From positions 96,001 to 160,000 of the forward strand of contig JANZKC010000001.1 of the NCBI GenBank assembly GCA_025061115.1: DNA of 64,000 bases, given 5' to 3'. Below, one piece after another: positions 1 through 9,077 of this stretch. Below the pieces are notes generated by a model, which saw only the letters and a program-made list of their open reading frames with translations, had not been told where the DNA came from and made no database searches. The position numbers and the translations under genes were made by a program. Source of the stretch: Candidatus Culexmicrobium cathedralense. GTDB lineage: Archaea; Thermoproteota; Methanomethylicia; Culexarchaeales; Culexmicrobiaceae. Numbering within the stretch: the stretch's first letter is position 1; each line of letters opens with the position of its first letter.

Positions 1-1
1 T

Positions 2-982
2 TATTCCATCAAAGATCTAAGAAAATTTATTGAAGGAGATAATGAAGTAATAATAGCGTTTTATGGCGGCGAACCGCTAATCAACTCAAAATTTATAATG
101 CAAGTAATGGATGAAATCCCTCATGCTAAATTCGTAATTCAAACCAATGGCACGTTAATCTCGAAGCTCGATGAAGAATACTGGCGAAAATTCAAAGCCA
201 TACTTCTATCAATTGATGGGAGAAAGGAAGTAAATGATTACTATAGGGGGGCTAAAACTTATCAAAAAGTCATTAAAGCTGCAAGATGGCTGAAGTCCAT
301 AGGATTTAATGGAGATTTAGTTGCTAGAATGACAGTGTCCGAAGCAAGCGACATCTACAAAGAAGTAACTCACCTTCTCTCCCTAAAACTATTCGACCAT
401 ATTCACTGGCAATTAGATGTTGTGTGGAGTAACAGATGGAAAAACTTTGATGAATGGTGTAGGCACTCATATAAGCCTGGAATAAATAGATTGGCAAAAT
501 TATGGGTCAAGGAAGCCAAAAAAGGCAAAATTTTAGGTTTAGTTCCATTTCTAGGGATTTTGAAAGCAATGATTTTTGCTGGAAAGCTCGAATCTCCACC
601 ATGCGGAGCAGGCACTTCCGCAATAGCCATTTCAACCGATGGAAGAATACTCGCATGCCCCATAGCAGTTGACGTTAAATGGGCTGAACTCGGAAATATA
701 TGGAACTGCAAATGGATGGATGTCATAAATAAGGTTAGAATTGAGGAGCCATGCACTTCATGCGCATACTTCAAATATTGTGGAGGAAGATGCCTTTACG
801 CCTACTTTGAAAAGCTTTGGGGCGAGGAAGGATTTAGGAAAATTTGCAATCTCACCATTCACACAATAAAAGAACTACTTAAAATAAAAGATGAATTGTT
901 AAAATTAATAGATGAGAAAGTTGTTTCTACTGAAAGCATCATCTATCCAAAATTCAACAATACAACCGAAATAATACCCTAA
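2..982 (+). CDS. Radical SAM/SPASM domain protein (AF_0577/TIGR04084-like), 5'-truncated by the window edge
   Basis: The frame is open from position 2 (YSIKDLRKF...AFYGGEPL). It has QTNG and SIDG motifs and C-terminal SPASM cysteines (CGAG...CP...CxxCxxxxxCxGxC). The CxxxCxxC motif would lie upstream of the window. Confidence 0.85.
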   Translation, partial: YSIKDLRKFIEGDNEVIIAFYGGEPLINSKFIMQVMDEIPHAKFVIQTNGTLISKLDEEYWRKFKAILLSIDGRKEVNDYYRGAKTYQKVIKAARWLKSIGFNGDLVARMTVSEASDIYKEVTHLLSLKLFDHIHWQLDVVWSNRWKNFDEWCRHSYKPGINRLAKLWVKEAKKGKILGLVPFLGILKAMIFAGKLESPPCGAGTSAIAISTDGRILACPIAVDVKWAELGNIWNCKWMDVINKVRIEEPCTSCAYFKYCGGRCLYAYFEKLWGEEGFRKICNLTIHTIKELLKIKDELLKLIDEKVVSTESIIYPKFNNTTEIIP

Positions 983-986
983 ACCG

Positions 987-1247
987 CTACTTCTTCACAC
1001 TTTCAACAACCATCATTGTAAGAGTAGACCTAACTTTTGGCAAGCGCCTTATTCTCCAAGAGATTATTTCTTTAAGCTTATCCATATCTTCAGCTCGAAT
1101 CTTAGTAATGATATCGTAAACGCCATACACTATGTACGCTTCTTCAACTCCTTCAATATTCATCAACTCGTCCAGGAGCTCACCTTCAGTTCCAGTTTCA
1201 GCATTAATTAAAACATATGCTAGCGCCACCACAAACCCCTCTCCCAA
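987..1247 (-). CDS. Lrp/AsnC ligand-binding (RAM) domain protein, stand-alone
   Basis: AYVLIN...VYGVYDII...IRRLPKVRSTLT is the typical AsnC C-terminal domain; no HTH is present. Confidence 0.9.
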   Translation of the reverse strand: MGEGFVVALAYVLINAETGTEGELLDELMNIEGVEEAYIVYGVYDIITKIRAEDMDKLKEIISWRIRRLPKVRSTLTMMVVESVKK

Positions 1248-1304
1248 CTACCTAAAGCTAAATTAATTCTGCATTTAAGGATTTTGCTAAACTATGACAT
1301 TAAA

Positions 1305-1311
1305 TTTTAAA
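1305..1311 (+). promoter_or_regulatory. Probable TATA box for the C/D sRNA pair
   Basis: TTTTAAA lies about 25 nt upstream of the first sRNA's 5' end. Confidence 0.45.
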
Positions 1312-1334
1312 GGTACAATTCAATTTTACAATTT

Positions 1335-1393
1335 GGCGATGAAGAGCCGCTAGTGGGCCGAATTAAATGTGGAGCGCGTCCTTTACTGAGCGC
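1335..1393 (+). ncRNA. Box C/D guide sRNA no. 1
   Basis: C ATGAAGA 1339-1345; 12-nt guide; D' CCGA 1358-1361; C' ATGTGGA 1367-1373; 12-nt guide; D CTGA 1386-1389; short GCG/CGC terminal stem. Confidence 0.7.
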
Positions 1394-1450
1394 GGAATGA
1401 TGGACGGTCTCCCTTACTGAAAAGATGATGATTGTGGACCTCACTGACCG
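1393..1450 (+). ncRNA. Box C/D guide sRNA no. 2
   Basis: C ATGATGG 1397-1403; 13-nt guide; D' CTGA 1417-1420; C' ATGATGA 1425-1431; 12-nt guide; D CTGA 1444-1447; CGG/CCG terminal stem. Confidence 0.85.
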
Positions 1451-1526
1451 AGAATCCTTTTCCAACTTCCAACTGCTTTAGTTTTGCAAATTCAGCTAGC
1501 ATTTGCGCAGGCACACTCGTAAGGCC

Positions 1527-2020
1527 TCAGATGAACTTGGACATCATTATGAAATCCAATTTCATCCAGTGCTTTCTTAAGTAGCACTCCGGCACGAAAC
1601 CCATTTTTAGGTAAAATGATATTGTAGGTATGGCTATTGGAAAAGTATAAGCTATTATTTTGTGACATCCCTGCTTTTCGAGTACTCTATAATTGTTTCA
1701 AGAATCTTTCTACCAATGCCTTCCCCCTGCCATTCTGGGTCTACTGCTATCCATGAAATATCTGAAATTCCATATGTAACTTTGCCTAATGCAAGGCCCA
1801 CTACTTCATCCTCAACTTCAGCTACAAAGGCGTACTTATCTTTATCATCAATGAACTTCCTCAAAATGGCTGGCTTGTACAGCTTTAATTTCTCTTTCAA
1901 GTATTTACGCGGATAAATCGTATGATCGTACTTTTCCCATAAGTCAATTCTTGCTTTAATTGAAATTTTTGAACAAGCGTCTAAATCATTATAATTCATT
2001 TGCCTTACAATTAGATTCAA
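1527..2020 (-). pseudogene. GNAT N-acetyltransferase with a 1-nt frameshift at 1669-1671 (pseudogene or assembly error)
   Basis: Motif A is VDPEWQGEGIG. The C-terminus GCHKIIAYTF...FYLKMGF...FI* continues in another frame to the stop at 1527; one extra G in the minus-strand GGG run restores the frame. Confidence 0.8.
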
Positions 2021-2165
2021 ACATTCACCTACGATATGGAAAGTAAGCTTATTTCAAAAAGCTTTTCATGAAATTTTAGAAGCTAATTTTCAAAACTGCT
2101 ATTTTTAAAGTGCATTTTAAAATGCGAAGTTATTTGGAAATTTACTGTTTTAAGCTATGCATAGC

Positions 2166-2636
2166 TTAAAGTTTGATGAGCTTCCAACGTTCAATAGCTC
2201 TACCATCTGGTAGAAATTTTGGGTCGCCAACCATTTTCGCTTTTAGTCCAAACTGCTTTAATGCCGCAAACATGAGTGCGGTAGAAATGTGAGCTGGAAC
2301 TCGACCTTGCTTTACAAGTCTTTTCGCTCCAGGCGTAATTATTGGATTAAGCATTGTGTACTCGACTTCATTTTCAGACACTTTTCTAACATCTATATTT
2401 TCAACATAACCTACCTTTTTGAGCCAACTTGCCAATTTCCTTAATGCTTCGAAGGGATCTTTAGCTGTTGACGCGCCAATGCTATCCTTAATTTCATTGT
2501 AGACTATTTCTCCAGCTCTCCAAACTATTTCCCAAGTCTTTTCACCGAGCAAATCATATGCCGCATGGTATATTGCATAGATTTCTAGATCGAAGAATTC
2601 GGGGTCCACGCAAATCTTATTTTCAACTTTCTTCAT
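2166..2636 (-). CDS. Hypothetical protein, V4R/H-NOX-like fold possible
   Basis: 156-aa ORF with a GGTGA SD. The LGE...AGE helix pattern followed by strands resembles V4R-like proteins. Confidence 0.55.
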   Translation of the reverse strand: MKKVENKICVDPEFFDLEIYAIYHAAYDLLGEKTWEIVWRAGEIVYNEIKDSIGASTAKDPFEALRKLASWLKKVGYVENIDVRKVSENEVEYTMLNPIITPGAKRLVKQGRVPAHISTALMFAALKQFGLKAKMVGDPKFLPDGRAIERWKLIKL

Positions 2637-2796
2637 CGATAATCACCAATTCACCATATGAATGCATTAGATTAATAAGTTATATCACTCCTTAGAATCA
2701 TTTAAAGGTAAGCCATTTAAAATTACATGTTTGCACTTAAGTTTAAGTACCCCGAACATGTAATGGAAGAAGAGTGTAGGTAAATGGTGCCAGGAA

Positions 2797-3327
2797 ATGA
2801 GTAGAATACCAGCCGGCCCGAATCCCCCAAACGAGCTTTATGTAATAGTTGAAATTCCAAAGGGGTCCAAAGTTAAGTATGAATTAAAGTTTGAATTGAG
2901 CATATTATGTGTAGATAGAATATTATTTACTGCAATGGCTTACCCATACAACTATGGAATTATTCCCTGCACCCTCATGCCCGACGGAGAACCGCTGGAC
3001 GCCCTTATAATTACAAATGAAGAATTGCTTCCCGGATCTCTAGTTAAAGTTAGACCCATTGGCATACTTGAAATGGAAGATGAAAAGGGCGTTGACCACA
3101 AATTAATAACAGTACCATCAAGCGAAATTGATCCAACTACTGAAAATATCAATGATGTTGGCGATCTATCTGTAGCCACGCTAAATCAAATTAGGCACTT
3201 CTTTGAACATTACAAGGATCTCGAACCTGGGAAATGGTCTAAAGTTAAACGCTTCTTAGGGATTGATGAGGCAAAGAAAATGATTATTGAGGCTATAACT
3301 AGGTTCAAGGAGCATCATAACAAATAG
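2797..3327 (+). CDS. ppa: Inorganic pyrophosphatase (family I)
   Basis: EIPKGS.VKYE, YPYNYG, DGEPLD, DEKGVDHK and FFEHYK motifs. Confidence 0.95.
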   Translation: MSRIPAGPNPPNELYVIVEIPKGSKVKYELKFELSILCVDRILFTAMAYPYNYGIIPCTLMPDGEPLDALIITNEELLPGSLVKVRPIGILEMEDEKGVDHKLITVPSSEIDPTTENINDVGDLSVATLNQIRHFFEHYKDLEPGKWSKVKRFLGIDEAKKMIIEAITRFKEHHNK

Positions 3328-3355
3328 GAAATTAGTTTAAGCGAATGATGCTGGG

Positions 3356-3622
3356 GTGGCTGTATTGAGAATAAAAGTCAGATTCCTATCATATTTGATG
3401 GAAATTTTGGGCATTAAAGAACAAGAAATTGAGGCTCCAGATGGAATAAATCTTGGAGAACTAGTTGAAATAATAAAGGGAAAGTGGCCTCAACTACGCA
3501 AATTGGACATTGAAAGCGAAGGCCCAATAATAGTGCTTCTAAATGGAGCAACTGCAAAACTTGCAACAAAAATCAAAGAGGGAGATGAAATATCCATTTT
3601 GCCGCCCGCAACCGGAGGTTAG
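3356..3622 (+). CDS. MoaD/ThiS ubiquitin-like sulfur carrier (SAMP)
   Basis: 88 aa with beta-grasp signature LLNG...GDEISILPP and a C-terminal GG. Confidence 0.9.
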   Translation: MAVLRIKVRFLSYLMEILGIKEQEIEAPDGINLGELVEIIKGKWPQLRKLDIESEGPIIVLLNGATAKLATKIKEGDEISILPPATGG

Positions 3623-3623
3623 G

Positions 3624-4205
3624 TTAGCCTAACATTAATAATTCAATAAGCAAATATAATCCAAATATGATGAAGGATGCTGATGATAAAAGCTTAATCC
3701 ACTTAAACCTTAAAGCTCGAATGAGCTTAGCTCCAATCGCTACGCTTATGCTCATCACCAACAATGCGGATAATAAAACCCCAATAAAAGCGTGAAATGG
3801 AGAAGTACTTTCCAATGAAATTGCCAAGACAGCTAAATTCGTTTTATCAGCCAACTCCATAGAGGATACTAGTATGAATGTAGTTAAGAAAATGGAGCTA
3901 TTATCACTCTTAAGTTGCAATTCGTCATCTTCAAAGCCGCCCCTTAATGAAAGTATTCCAAACGCGATGAAAAGCACAGCGGCGCACATTTTAGCTAAGA
4001 AAGAGGAAATATGGATGTTCGCAAAATATCCTAGGGCAAAGCATATGACATTAACTGCTAGAAAGCCGGTAATGCTACCAATTAAAACGGGGATTGGCTT
4101 AAATCTTGATGAAAGCATGATGGTTGCAATTTGGGTTTTATCACCCAATTCAGCCAATGTAACTAATGTGAATGAAGCTATGATGGATGTTAGGTCGATG
4201 TTCAT
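3624..4205 (-). CDS. TMEM165/GDT1 (UPF0016) cation antiporter
   Basis: Two repeats of the family motif (ELGDKTQ, ELADKTN) with hydrophobic helices. The start is moved to the ATG at 4205. Confidence 0.9.
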   Translation of the reverse strand: MNIDLTSIIASFTLVTLAELGDKTQIATIMLSSRFKPIPVLIGSITGFLAVNVICFALGYFANIHISSFLAKMCAAVLFIAFGILSLRGGFEDDELQLKSDNSSIFLTTFILVSSMELADKTNLAVLAISLESTSPFHAFIGVLLSALLVMSISVAIGAKLIRALRFKWIKLLSSASFIIFGLYLLIELLMLG

Positions 4206-4284
4206 GGCCCAACTTCCACCTACATCATTCGCTAAATAATTGCATTGATCCATTTTAATATTATTGCCATTCAATGTTAATTAG

Positions 4285-5169
4285 CTACATCTGCTCTATG
4301 TAATTAGCTATCTTCATTAGAGCTTTAGCGCCATGGGAAGTTGGAGCTAAGTTTACTAGTGGAATGCCTTTAACGGATGCTTCAACGAATTTATCATCAT
4401 ATGGAACTTCAAATACGCCTTCAAAATCATTACTCAAAGCTACTTCAATTACTTCATCCTTAACGGAGCTTGGAATATCTGCCCTATTTAATATTAAGCT
4501 TCTATGGAGATTTAGCTTATTGAGTGCATTGCTAATCAACCTCAAAGTGTAGGCGCCAAGCGGAGTTGGCTCAGATACGACAAATGCCCATTCCACTCGA
4601 ATTAATGCTTGAATTACGGTATTTTGTATTCCAGGTGAAGTATCAACTATGATGAATTTATATTGATCTAAATCTTCTCTGCTGAAAACTGCGTCCATGA
4701 GAAGCTTTGCTACAATTGGAGATCTAGCCTCGCCAATCTTCAATTGAGCTCCAATTAAGGTTAGATTTCCGCTTTCAGCTTCGAAAAGCTCACCAATAAC
4801 TTTTCCTGCATCAGATATTGCATTAACTGGACACATAATAATGCAGGCTTTGCAGCCTGAACACCTTTCTATAAGAGGCATTGGAGGACTTCCTGGCTTC
4901 ATAATTAGTGCATGCTCCGGACAATTCTTAACACACTCACCACATGCTACGCACTTTAACTCATCAATATGCGGTGCAAATATCTTCAATTCTCCCACAA
5001 TTGAAGGCTTCATTTGAAGTAGCATAGCATCATTTGGGTTATCCACATCAGCATCCACTAAAAGTACTTTACACTTCCTACTTAGAAGAGTAGCTAAATT
5101 CACTGCAATAGTGGATTTCCCAGTGCCGCCCTTCCCACCGGTTACTGCAATCACCTTAGGCTTGCTCAT
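4285..5169 (-). CDS. MinD-superfamily P-loop ATPase with inserted 2x[4Fe-4S] domain (COG1149)
   Basis: GKGGTGKS, DADVD and two CxxCxxCxxxCP motifs. Confidence 0.92.
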   Translation of the reverse strand: MSKPKVIAVTGGKGGTGKSTIAVNLATLLSRKCKVLLVDADVDNPNDAMLLQMKPSIVGELKIFAPHIDELKCVACGECVKNCPEHALIMKPGSPPMPLIERCSGCKACIIMCPVNAISDAGKVIGELFEAESGNLTLIGAQLKIGEARSPIVAKLLMDAVFSREDLDQYKFIIVDTSPGIQNTVIQALIRVEWAFVVSEPTPLGAYTLRLISNALNKLNLHRSLILNRADIPSSVKDEVIEVALSNDFEGVFEVPYDDKFVEASVKGIPLVNLAPTSHGAKALMKIANYIEQM

Positions 5170-6071
5170 AAATTTAAAACCTCCAATAAGCTTTCAAATG
5201 CTTTAGTTAAGGCTTTAGATGCCCGCGAATCCGGATTAAATTCCAATACCGGCTTTCTTTGGGCAACCGACCTTAGAACTTCAAAGTCAAAGGGCACTTT
5301 GCCCAGCACATCGACTTCATAAGTGGATTTAAGCTCCTTCTCAATTTCAGTAATATAATTGCTGATATCAAATTTGTTAATTATAATTCCCACAGGCACT
5401 TTGAAGTGATGAGCAACTTCAATAACTCTCAATGCCCCCTTGAAGGATTGCGGAGTTGGCTCAACAATTACAATCGCATAGCTCGCACCTAGAAGAGCTG
5501 CAATCACTGGACATCCGATTCCTGGAGCCCCATCAGTTAAAATTAAATCTGCATTTATGCTTTTAGCCAACTCTCCTGCTTCATTCTTAACTACACCAAC
5601 AAGCAGCCCCGAGTTATGCTCTCCAACTTCAAGCTGAGCAGTTGCCATTGGAAAGCCATGAATAGTTTCGCCCGTAATTAGCTCTCCAGTCCTCACCATA
5701 ACTAGGTTAATCGCATTTACTGGACAAACTAATTTACATACTCCACAACCTTCGCACATAAAATGCGCAACTTCCAGCATCCCTGATTCATTTCGAGTTA
5801 TAGCGCCGTAAGCGCAGTGCTCCAAGCATTTCCCACACCCAATGCATTTCAAGTAGTCGATAACCGCCTTTCTAGATATTTTCACTTCAAATTTTTTAGT
5901 TATGTTTTTAAGTGGAATCAGCAACTTCAAACTGGGAGTATCAACATCAGCGTCTGAAGCTACTATTTTATATCCATTTGAATGTAGGAAGAAAGCTAAG
6001 CTAGCAGATATTGTTGTTTTGCCTACTCCGCCCTTACCACTTACAATTACAACCTCTCGTCTAGAATTCAA
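5166..6071 (-). CDS. MinD-superfamily P-loop ATPase with inserted 2x[4Fe-4S] domain (COG1149), paralog
   Basis: GKGGVGKT, DADVD, two ferredoxin motifs and DGAPGIGCPVIA. Confidence 0.92.
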   Translation of the reverse strand: MNSRREVVIVSGKGGVGKTTISASLAFFLHSNGYKIVASDADVDTPSLKLLIPLKNITKKFEVKISRKAVIDYLKCIGCGKCLEHCAYGAITRNESGMLEVAHFMCEGCGVCKLVCPVNAINLVMVRTGELITGETIHGFPMATAQLEVGEHNSGLLVGVVKNEAGELAKSINADLILTDGAPGIGCPVIAALLGASYAIVIVEPTPQSFKGALRVIEVAHHFKVPVGIIINKFDISNYITEIEKELKSTYEVDVLGKVPFDFEVLRSVAQRKPVLEFNPDSRASKALTKAFESLLEVLNL

Positions 6072-6874
6072 GATACGTACCTCAGTGCATCTTTAACTTT
6101 AATGTTTGGAGGTACAGTTACCATTCTAATCCCAAGGCTTTGAAGTACACTTGAAGCATTTGGACCAAACCTTCCAGCTATCACGACTTGAACTCCTTTA
6201 TTAGCTAAATACTGAGAAACTGCTATTCCAACTCCATGCGGCTGATAAATGTATTGATTAGGCTCTACAGCAACGTTCTTAACCTGTCCTTCCTCCAGGT
6301 CAATTATCGTAAATGCTGGAGCTCTACCAAATTGCATTGAAACGAAGTCATCAAGCCCACCTCGCCCAATACATGCAACTGCAACTCTTAGCATACCCGA
6401 CTTGACCCTAGGTCTTTGAGCAGTAGTTCGGGCAGTAGGAAACAGCGGCATCATTGGAGGAGGAAGTTGATAGGGCATAAATGGATATCCCCTCCTTCTA
6501 CCTCTACCATAAGCCATTCCGCTACATGAAGAAATTTGAGGATTATATGGAGTTAATTTCTGCTGCTTAACTTCATCAATAACTTCTCCAAGAGTCTTAG
6601 AGTTCGTTAAATATATTGATATACCTTTAGATTGGAATGCCGATGCAGCTCTAACACCAATACCCTTAACAATCACCGCATCTACACTTAGCTCATTCAA
6701 CAAGTCAATAACACCGCACCTATCTCCATGCTCAAGCATCACATTCTCAATTTTAAATGTCACATGACCATCACTGGTTAAAGCCACAATAGCATGAAAT
6801 GAAGCCCTACCAAAGTGATCTGACACTGGAGAGTCGAGTCCACAGTCATCGTCGAGGGGCACCAGAAACCTCAT
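6068..6874 (-). CDS. NifB/NifX-family (FeMo-co-binding-like) protein with two tandem domains
   Basis: Repeated motifs HFGRA...GIGVRA and QFGRAP...GRFGPNA. The start is moved to the ATG at 6874, after a GGTGA SD. Confidence 0.85.
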   Translation of the reverse strand: MRFLVPLDDDCGLDSPVSDHFGRASFHAIVALTSDGHVTFKIENVMLEHGDRCGVIDLLNELSVDAVIVKGIGVRAASAFQSKGISIYLTNSKTLGEVIDEVKQQKLTPYNPQISSCSGMAYGRGRRRGYPFMPYQLPPPMMPLFPTARTTAQRPRVKSGMLRVAVACIGRGGLDDFVSMQFGRAPAFTIIDLEEGQVKNVAVEPNQYIYQPHGVGIAVSQYLANKGVQVVIAGRFGPNASSVLQSLGIRMVTVPPNIKVKDALRYVS

Positions 6875-6942
6875 GAAATCACCAAAACATACCGAAATAG
6901 CTGATCTTATAAATTTTGTGCCATAGCACAAAACAACAACTA

Positions 6943-7269
6943 CTAATAAGATAAGATTATCGGCCTACCCTCAATAATAGCTTGAACAAGCTTTCTCCTA
7001 CCAGTTTCAAGACACCTCCAAAGAGAGCCTCGAGATAACCCCATTTTCTTGGCAGCCTCCTCCTGCGTCAGCTTTTCCACGTAGACAAGCCTCAAAGCCT
7101 CAACTTCATCCGGAGAAAGATGAATGGGCTCACCTTGAATTGGAATTCTAAATTCGTCAAGAGGAATGAACATCATGGCTTTAGGTTGAACTCCAATTAA
7201 TCTAGGCTTAGGTGGGCGGCCTGGTCCACCACGCCTCCAGCGCCATCTCCAGGGACCCTGATGCCTCAT
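6943..7269 (-). CDS. DUF134 (UPF0251) HTH protein
   Basis: GRPPKPR...EVEALRL...LTQEEAA.KMG.SR...RRKL; first gene of the cluster. Confidence 0.9.
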   Translation of the reverse strand: MRHQGPWRWRWRRGGPGRPPKPRLIGVQPKAMMFIPLDEFRIPIQGEPIHLSPDEVEALRLVYVEKLTQEEAAKKMGLSRGSLWRCLETGRRKLVQAIIEGRPIILSY

Positions 7270-7423
7270 TCTAACACCTATTCCAAAGTACACTCTCAAG
7301 CAATATAAATAATGTCATGTAAATGAAATTCGCTCATGAAAACAGACTAAGTAAATTTAACCATGAAAAGCTTCATTAAAAATCCTTAAAAGCAATAGCA
7401 ATCACCTTTTAGTTGGTGATGCC

Positions 7424-7771
7424 ATGAAGGGGAAGGCCGTGCACTTCACAGAAATTGAACTTGAAAAGGTCACTGCTCCAGGAGCTAAGAATACAGCCGT
7501 TAGATGGCTCATATCTGATAAGGACGGCGCTCCAACATTTGCCATGAGACTATTCGAAGTTGGAGTAAATGGAAATACTCCACTTCACAACCACCCATGG
7601 GAGCATGAAATATTCATACTTGAAGGCGAAGCAAAAGTGAAAATGGGAAATGAAGAATTTCACGTAAAGCCAGGATACGCCATTTACATTCCTCCAAACA
7701 TTAAGCACACCATAGTGAATACTGGAGAAGGCACATTGAAGTTTCTATGTATGATACCAATAAAAAAGTGA
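7424..7771 (+). CDS. Cupin domain protein
   Basis: HNHPWEHE...G.....PP...H metal-binding motifs. Confidence 0.9.
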   Translation: MKGKAVHFTEIELEKVTAPGAKNTAVRWLISDKDGAPTFAMRLFEVGVNGNTPLHNHPWEHEIFILEGEAKVKMGNEEFHVKPGYAIYIPPNIKHTIVNTGEGTLKFLCMIPIKK

Positions 7772-7792
7772 TTTAAAGTTGAATAAAGCGCA

Positions 7793-8920
7793 TCAACTAA
7801 ACAACTTCCATGCCAAGTTTACGTATATTTTACTCATCTTAATCAATTCTTTAATTGAAATGTACTCGTCAGCTCTATGAGCAGCTCCAAGCGCTCCCGG
7901 CCCAAAGGTAATTATCTCAACGCCCCCCTCAACAAAGTACCTCATGTCAAGGCCGCCAATGCACATCGTAGGCTTTGGAGCAACTCCCAAAATTTTACAT
8001 GCAGCTTCATCCGCAAGCTTAACTATCCTTGAATTTGGATCAGTTACACAAGCATTTGACTTGCCAAGCACTTCGAGTTCAACCTTCAATTGAGGATCCT
8101 TAAGCCTCATCTCTTCAAGGAAAAGCGTTATTTCCTCCAATGCCTCATCAGGCGACTCCTCTGGAACTATCCTTCTATCAATGGTGAAGCTGCATATTAA
8201 CGGAACAACATTTTTAGCTCCACCAAAAACTTCTCCCGCGATATTCATCGTTGCTTTAGCACCTCTAGGATCAATGTAATCGTAATTGCTCTTCTTTGCT
8301 TCAACTCATTAATCATTGCATGCGCAACTTCAAGCATTTCCTCGAAGGCATTAACTCCAAGCCATGGAGTAGAGCCATGCGCAGCCTTACCCTTAACCAC
8401 AACTCTAACCCACAGCACCCCCTTATGACTAAACCATATGCACTCGGTTGAAGAAGGCTCTGCTATTATGCAGTAATCAGGAAAAGCGATTCCCCTACTC
8501 AAGATATATCCGACGCTTGTTGCACCGCCTAACTCTTCATCAGGAGTGAAGGAAAGCTCAATAGACCCATTGAAGTTTGAGCAAATCTCTGCTAACGCCT
8601 TAGAAGCAATGAGAATTGAAGTTATGCCGCACTTCATGTCAGTTGAGCCTCTTCCATAAATTCTCCCACTCGCAACCTTGGCCTTGAAAGGCTCAGTTAT
8701 GCTCCAACCAGAACCCGGAGGAACCACATCATAATAGCCATTGAAATGCAAAACCGGCCTATCGCTGACCCCCTTCAACCTCGCAAGGGCAATGAAACGT
8801 GGGTAATCAACCAAATTAGGGTAGAATCGGACATTCCTTATAGTGCTCTCCAGGAGGCACAACTGTTGGAAAACCTATTAAGTCACTTAGTATCCTAATG
8901 ACCTCACCTTCCAATTTCAT
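7793..8920 (-). pseudogene. M20 peptidase (DapE/ArgE family) pseudogene in three fragments
   Basis: The N-terminus MKLEGEVIRILSDLIGFPTVVPPGEHY starts at 8920 and breaks at about 8830; a second break lies at about 8295. The metal-ligand His is lost (HFNGYYDVVP), while GRGSTDMK, DEELGG and AHRADE remain. Confidence 0.85.
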
Positions 8921-9077
8921 CGACAATTGAAAAGGCTTTCCTCAACAATTAGACTCGCCTAAAAATGCTGAGGAATATTAAGCATTTATAATTTGGCAAA
9001 ATCAGAAAGCATACTTTTAATAATCATCAAGCCAATATTTTAGTTGATGCCGCCAATTAATTAGGGAAAGTGAGAAA

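Noticed and set aside
6068-6874. NifB/NifX domains as evidence of nitrogen fixation
   Set aside because: No nifHDK is present, and this family is common in non-diazotrophs.
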